Origin: Octopus vulgaris
Taxonomy: Eukaryota
Length of the DNA: 64,000 nt
Assembly: GCA_951406725.2 (NCBI GenBank)
Contig: OX597823.1
Span: forward strand, 91,760,001 to 91,824,000
Direction: 5' to 3'
In this document: positions 57,282 to 64,000 of the stretch, piece by piece
How the letters are laid out: every line of letters begins with the position of its first letter
How positions within the stretch are numbered: the stretch's first letter is position 1
Translations under genes and position numbers: made by a program
The notes under the pieces: generated by a model
Told to the model about the DNA's origin: nothing
The model's database searches: none
Seen by the model: only the letters and a program-made list of their open reading frames with translations

Positions 57282-57440
57282 TGTAATCCGTATTCGCTTA
57301 ACAGCAGGAAAGACTATGGAGAGTTGAAAGTTAATAATTCAAACAGTTGTAGGAAGTACGAAGTATCATTTTATTTATAAATAATTATTAACTCTCAACT
57401 CTCCATTTTCTTTTCTGTTATTAAGTGAATACGGATTACA
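57282..57440. repeat. ~58-bp imperfect inverted repeat
   Basis: tgtaatccgtattcgcttaa..gagagttgaaagttaataatt / aattattaactctcaactctc..ttaagtgaatacggattaca. Confidence 0.8.
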
Positions 57441-57461
57441 CACACACACATATATATAAAT

Positions 57462-57680
57462 GTACCTCTCCAACAACACCATCTCACAGGCACCCATCAT
57501 CGTCCGTATCACATCACCGACTCCTTTAGTGCATCCCTCGCTGTCTCTGCCCTTCTCTGTACATCGGTCAAATGGGACGCCACTTGGCTGACCGGCTCGC
57601 GGAGCACCTCCGTGACATCAGATTCGGCAATGACACCCCGGTCTCGCACCGTTTCCGCTCTACCTGTCATTCGTTACAAC

Positions 57681-57683
<3 letters not shown>
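57462..57683 (+). mobile_element. Penelope-like GIY-YIG endonuclease fragment
   Basis: CPSLYIGQMGRHLADRLAEHLRDIR..PVSHRF matches the YIG.T.R.L..R..EH pattern; truncated by (TA)n. Confidence 0.8.
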
Positions 57684-57772
<89 letters not shown>

Positions 57773-57904
57773 CGTGACCTATAGAACAAGAACCTGGATT
57801 AAAATAAATGTTCTGTGATTGAGTCATTCGGCCAAAATTCTTCAAGGTGCTACCCCAGTGGGACCGCAGTCTAAGATATTTATCTGCATATATATGTGTG
57901 TATG

Positions 57905-57996
<92 letters not shown>

Positions 57997-58033
57997 CGTA
58001 TATATATATATGTACGTATGTATGTATGTAAAT

Positions 58034-58101
<68 letters not shown>

Positions 58102-59520
58102 TATATTAATACATATATGTATATACATATATTATATATATATAATATAATATATATATATATGTATATATACAAGAAAAAGCAGTAAGATATAAGTATG
58201 TGTGTCTCTGTGTGTATGTGTGTACGAATGTATGTATGTGTGTATGTATGAATGTATGTATGTCAGTTTTACTGAAGCGCTTTGAGACCAATCCTGGCAT
58301 CTAGGAAACGCATGCACCATACCACCCAGCTTAGCGAATCCGCACCAACGGAAGTGCCATCTATCTACGAACAGAACATTATCGCAGATGCCCAAAGTAA
58401 ACGAGAGCTGTACAAGGCCAGGACAATCTCCAGGCTTTCAGTCCTAGCAGACCAGCAGAGCCCGACCTACGGCAAAGTCAACAACTGAATAGAATGACAT
58501 TTCTTCCCATCAATACCGCTTTACTACGACCACCACACATCACCAAATAATCAGATAGTGATACGTTGAGGTTCTCATATTAAAACCGATGGCATGCAAC
58601 CTAGTGTGCTAGATTTATGTGTGTTGCATTCGAATATTTTATGACATATCTACGAAGTGATCTCCTTTCATGCGTAATTGAATAGGATCAGCATAATCTC
58701 TCCAAAATAATCCCAACAGAACCGCTGAAGTAGTATTTACTTTTTTGCTAGCTATATATATATATAGCTAGCAAAAACGTGATGCAACCACCATTTCTTT
58801 AGTGAATCATTTCCAGCGCCGTTTTGAATAAGGATCTTTTATACTAGGTTGTACATTTTAAGTCGGAATTGCTCCCGATAAGAATGGAGCTAAAAATATT
58901 TGAGACGTCAGTCAAAAAGTTCTATTTGGATATAAGCTTCTGGAGTTACCAGCAACAATAACGACGATGGCAACAACGACAGTAACAGATTTTGATCAAA
59001 GCAATGCTGAATCAGGATCGATTACGGATTAAGCAGTAACAAGACGAACAACAATAGCACACAAAGACAACAACAACAACAGTAAAAATAACAGTGACTA
59101 GAAAGGCATCAAAAGGAAAAGCAACATGTATGCCCCTTGGCTTTACGAAGCAATAACTGAACTGATGTGCTTGAAAGGTGTGATGTGGTTGTGGTACCCT
59201 GGGTGGTTTCCAGGTCATGCCGCAGATTACAGAGAAGGTTAGAAATGTGAGCGCAAAACGATACAATAACCTTTATTGTTTCAGCAGTAATTGTCTTGAA
59301 ATATTTCAACCATCACCAAACCAGCTCACAGCATTGTGAAGACTCACTAGACAGTGAAACATTTGCTCAATGCCGATATGGTAACCTGCCACAAGTGTCT
59401 TTGACTCACTTTCACAGACACACGGTTCGTTGAACATACACAGAGGAATGAATGGATGTTTGGGATGGTGTGGTTTCTTAAAGAGACGATCTGGAGATTA
59501 ATTCCTTATTCAATGTTAAT

Positions 59521-59781
59521 CAGTGGTTTTCATCATGTGTTCATATGGACGTTAGGGATTCATTTAAGATTTTGCTGTTAAAATTAAAGGCGCAATAAAT
59601 TGGTTATGCTTCTAGAATGCACAAAATGGTTTAGCAATTTATACAATTCCTAATAAAATCTAATTATCAGAATACAGCAGAATACTTTACTTAACGAACG
59701 GTTATCGAGATCTACCAGTTCCATTCGAGGAAGAGGAATCAAAGGGATCTATAGGTAAAAAATGATGGTTGAGAACCCCTG
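59521..59781. mobile_element. hAT (Charlie-like) MITE
   Basis: TIRs CAGTGGTTTTCA / TGAGAACCCCTG; degenerate 8-bp flanks atgttaat / gtgttcag. Confidence 0.6.
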
Positions 59782-60128
59782 GTGTTCAGGGAGAAAGATA
59801 TACACAGCCTTGCTTGATTGATGCAATTTCCGGGACAAAGAGTGTTTGGAATGGTCAGCTGGTCATTGTGATGGAGATGATGAGCTGGCGTTTAAAACTG
59901 AAGAGACCATCGCGCGATTGTAGTGGTTATTAGAGTGGCAGATGCGTTGGTAGTCATTGTGGTGAAAAGAGGTTGGTTGTTGTGGTGAAGCGAGGTGTGA
60001 AGTTAATAAGTACGGTGATAATAGTAGAGTTAATAAGATAGCTATATTTATGCAAAACTATGTGTGTAATAATATGTATTCATATACAGAAACATTTACA
60101 TGACTGTTATATGTTTGTATGTGAAGAG

Positions 60129-60226
<98 letters not shown>

Positions 60227-60778
60227 GTCTACCTATCAATCTATCTATCTCATCTATCTGTAAGTATATAGATGTGTCGTAGCTGTGTGGTAAGACGCTT
60301 GCTTCCCAACCACATGCTTGTGGGTTCGGTCCCACTGCATGGTACCTTGGGCAAGTATCTTCTACTATAGACTCGGACCAACCGAACCCTTGTGTTAGAA
60401 AGATAAATTTATATATAGATAAATAGATAGATAAATAGAAAGATAGATAGATAGTTTGATAGACAGATAGATAAATATGTAAATACAGATATATACGCAC
60501 ACATATATGTACTTATGCATGTATGAGAGTATTTAACGAGTAGAATTATTTATTTTATTATATAGATTAATATTATACATACCACACAAACACACATATC
60601 AACATTGAGATATCTATACATTTCTATGTATGTGTGTGTGCGCACGTGTGTGTGTGTGTGTGTGTCTGGTTGTATGTGTGTTCCTCTCTCTACACATATT
60701 TATTTACGCGCTATGTAGTGTGCTCTGTATAACTGACATAAATCCATATATGCGTGAGTAACTGAGAAAGATAAACAA

Positions 60779-60814
<36 letters not shown>

Positions 60815-61166
60815 CTACGTTTTTAGTAAAGCGTATTTGCTTTCGGGGCGTGTTTCTGGTTCCGTTTCAACCTGCGTATATAGCGTATATTTAGATACAT
60901 ACACACATACATACACACATACATACATACATATACATACAAACATATATGTATATATATATACATACATACATACATATATATATATACGTATATATAT
61001 GTATGTATATATATATATTATACACAAACACACGTGTATGTATGTATCTATGTATAATCATGTTTGTACATCTGTATATAATTTTATGTAAGTCAATCTA
61101 TACGTTTGTCACTCCGACTCATCCCCATCCCTCTCCCTCTCTCTGTCATATCAATCTCTCTTTCTT

Positions 61167-61197
<31 letters not shown>

Positions 61198-61371
61198 TCC
61201 TCCGCACCCCTCCTCTGCCTCTCCACCAAGTTTCCAGCACAGTTTGTCTATTTCTAATAATATCAGTGAAGCGAAATTCTTGGAAAATAAACAGGAGACT
61301 GATAGAAGTGGATCTTCTCTTCATTTCTGCACATCTTCATGGATCGCTGGTTTACATTCGTCATACATTCG

Positions 61372-61844
61372 AAGCAGCAGCAAAAGCAGCAGCAGCAGCA
61401 GTAGTAGTAGCAGTAGTAGTAGAAGTAGTAGCGACCGATAATGCCAGCCACAACCACAACGTTTGTATGTCAACACCATGAGCCATAAAACCACACCGCC
61501 GCTTCCGCCGCCACCACCACCACCACCACCACCACCATCCTTACCTCCTGCATCGTCTTCACCATCACCATCATCCTCAACATCATCTTCGTCGCCGTTG
61601 TCGTTACTGTCGTCATCGTTAACATCATCATTATCATCATCATCATCATCATCATCAGCGACCACGTCGTAGTCGTCGTCATCACCACCGTCATCACAAA
61701 CGTATATCAAACATCGCCATTCTTCTTCTTCTTCTTCTTCTTCTTTCTTTTTTCTTCTTCATCATCATCATGACCACCACCACCACCACCACTACCACCA
61801 CCATCATCATCATCATCATCACCACCACCACCACCACCGCCACC

Positions 61845-61924
<80 letters not shown>

Positions 61925-61950
61925 TATTATTTTTATTATTGTTGCTGCTG
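61372..61950. repeat. Mixed (CAG)/(TAG)/(CAC)/(CAT)/(TTC) trinucleotide low-complexity region
   Basis: Directly visible. Confidence 0.9.
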
Positions 61951-62309
61951 TTGTCTCTCCACCCCCGCTTCATTCTCACCCAAGCTACCAAATTTATCCT
62001 CCATCACGAGCGTTATGATAATCGTTTTTGTTGTTGTCGATTGAGAGAGAGCGAGAGAGAAAAGGAGACCAATAAATGACTGACGTCCAAGAACAACGCC
62101 AAATGGCTTTTTATAGTGTTAGCAATACATGGTCGCTGTTGCAGCCTCTCACAACCTGCCCACCCCACATCTGCTACCACCCTATCCTTATCGTCCTCAA
62201 CAGCATAACTCTAACCCTACCAGTACCTCAAGTAACAACAGCTTCTATCGGTTTATCAGCATTGTCGTCAATTACTTCGTATCCTAGAACCACATTTAAA
62301 CCATACATA

Positions 62310-62712
62310 TACAGGTGCAAGCGTGGTTGTGCGGTAAGAAGCTTGCTTCCCAACCACATGGTTCCAAGTTCAGTCCCACTACATAGCACCTTGGGCAAGT
62401 GTGTTCTATTACAGCCTCGGGTTGACCAAAGCCTTGTGAGTGGATTTCGTAGACGGAAACTGAAAGAAGCTCGTCATATATATATGCATATGTGTGTGTG
62501 TATGTCTTTGTGTCTGTTTTTATCACCCATCACTGCTTGACAACCGGTATTGGTGTGTTTAGGCCCCCATGACTTAGCGGTTCGGTAATAAGTTCTCGAC
62601 TTAAAAAAATAAGTCCTGGGAGTCGATTCATTCGACTAAAAATTCACGGTGGTGCTCCAGCATGGCAGCAATGAAAAAATGACTGACACAAGTAAAAGAA
62701 TGAAAGAAGATA
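62310..62712 (+). mobile_element. SINE family A, full-length copy
   Basis: Collinear with 1649-2053. Confidence 0.82.
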
Positions 62713-63714
62713 TAAATTGATGCATGCATGCTGCAGCATGGCCACAGCCTAAGGGCTGAAGCATATAAAAGAATTAAAGAATAATGTATAAACTCGAAAC
62801 GTCGAAGACTTTTTCCATTTTTCCTGAGCGTCAAACTAATCCACGTTGTTTGTAGTTCCCTCCCCTGTCTCTGATATCTTTATCTTTATCTATTATTGTT
62901 TCCAGTCATTACACTACAGTTATGCAGCACTTTTTAAGCTTTGTACTTATTCTCTAGGTCACTTAGGCTGAACTGCTAGGTAAGCCAATACCGGTCGTCA
63001 AGCTGTGGTGGCGGACAAACAAAAAATGTTGATACACACGTAGAAACATCCATATAAATAGGGCAGACACATTTCAGTTCCCATCTACCAAATCCACTTA
63101 GAAGGCTTTGGTCAGCCTAGGGCTATAGGTGAAGACACTTGCCGAAGGTGCCACGCAGTTGACTGAACCCAAGGCTATATGATTGAGGAGGAAGTTTCTA
63201 AGCCACGCATTCATGCCTGATCTTCAGAGTAAATAATTATTTGAAATCTTGACACGAGGCCAGAAATCTTTGCAGGTGAGCGTAGTCGAATACATTGACC
63301 TCAGTACATGACTGGTACCTATCGACCCCGAGTGGACGTGAAAGCTGAAGTTGAAAGCTAAGTCAAAGAATAATATCTTTTATTCTTTTGCCTGTTTCAC
63401 TCATTAGACTGCGGCCATTCTGTGGCACCACCTTGAGCTTTTAGTCAAATGAATCGACCCCTGTACTTATTTATTTAGCCTGCGGAATATAACTGCTGTC
63501 TGTTTAAGATATGAGCCGCACGTGGAAGGTTGTCTGTTGTCGCGGGTGTCACTGGCCATTCTCCGTGGCATCGTCTTTGCAACCATGTCCCACCAACCCT
63601 ACCATCTTTTTTTCCTTCTTCTTTGCTTCCTTGGTGAAGTAGCTATATTTTTTATTTCTCGACAATTTGATCTTTTATACTTTTAATGTTTTTTCTTTCT
63701 TTCGTTTCATTCTG

Positions 63715-64000
63715 TAGGAGGAATTACATCCGTGTTTCGTGGTCTGCTACCACAACAGCTCCTATATAGGATCCAGTTAGCTCAAGTCATCATCAGGAGG
63801 AACCACGTCCAGTTACGGCCCCTACTCCTCTACCGTTTTGACGTGCCCCCCCCTTTCGGAGGTGCCTTCAGCTCTGGTGTTGGGTGCATCTCTTCTTTTT
63901 TCTGTTCCCTGGCCTCTTCGATGTAGCGTCAGCGAGTGTCAGCCGGCGACTGACTGACTTCTCAAATTATTCCCTTTAAATACCTGCCGCTAGGCTCCAG
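63715..64000. mobile_element. Dispersed repeat H, second copy (runs off the window)
   Basis: Homologous to 33783-34075. Confidence 0.5.

Noticed and set aside
58743-58776. Short perfect palindrome around (TA)n
   Set aside because: Mostly self-complementary TA repeat with short flanks; little information.
59179-59470. Possible solo LTR on the minus strand (AATAAA, ends in CA)
   Set aside because: No second copy, clear 5' end or TSD visible.

Overview
AT-rich eukaryotic genomic DNA, intergenic or intronic, dominated by microsatellites ((TA)n, (CA)n, (TACA)n, (TATC)n, (TAA)n, (TAG)n, (CAT)n) and transposon remnants. The repeat landscape resembles an octopus/coleoid cephalopod genome (inference from recalled repeat style, not checked). 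The only long protein-coding stretch is a 5'-truncated, frameshifted R4/Dong-type non-LTR retrotransposon (RT, zinc knuckle, restriction-like endonuclease) at about 15966-18958 (-), sitting in a (TAA)n array. Also present: further Dong-type fragments, an RTE 3' end nested inside an old Dong RT, a foldback mariner, a hAT MITE, Penelope-like remnants (GIY-YIG fragment, inverted ends, several minimal hammerhead ribozyme motifs), a tRNA-Asp pseudogene and at least five tRNA-headed SINE families (labels A-H below are my own). No host gene is confidently recognised. Most notable: (i) a SINE that inserted as variable-length multimers (2-4 units), each array bounded by a single target-site duplication; (ii) a ~555-bp non-coding element that sits co-oriented in the (TAA)n tails of Dong elements at two loci; (iii) many foldback structures, including a template-switch inverted duplication. 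Coordinates were read by eye and element edges are approximate.
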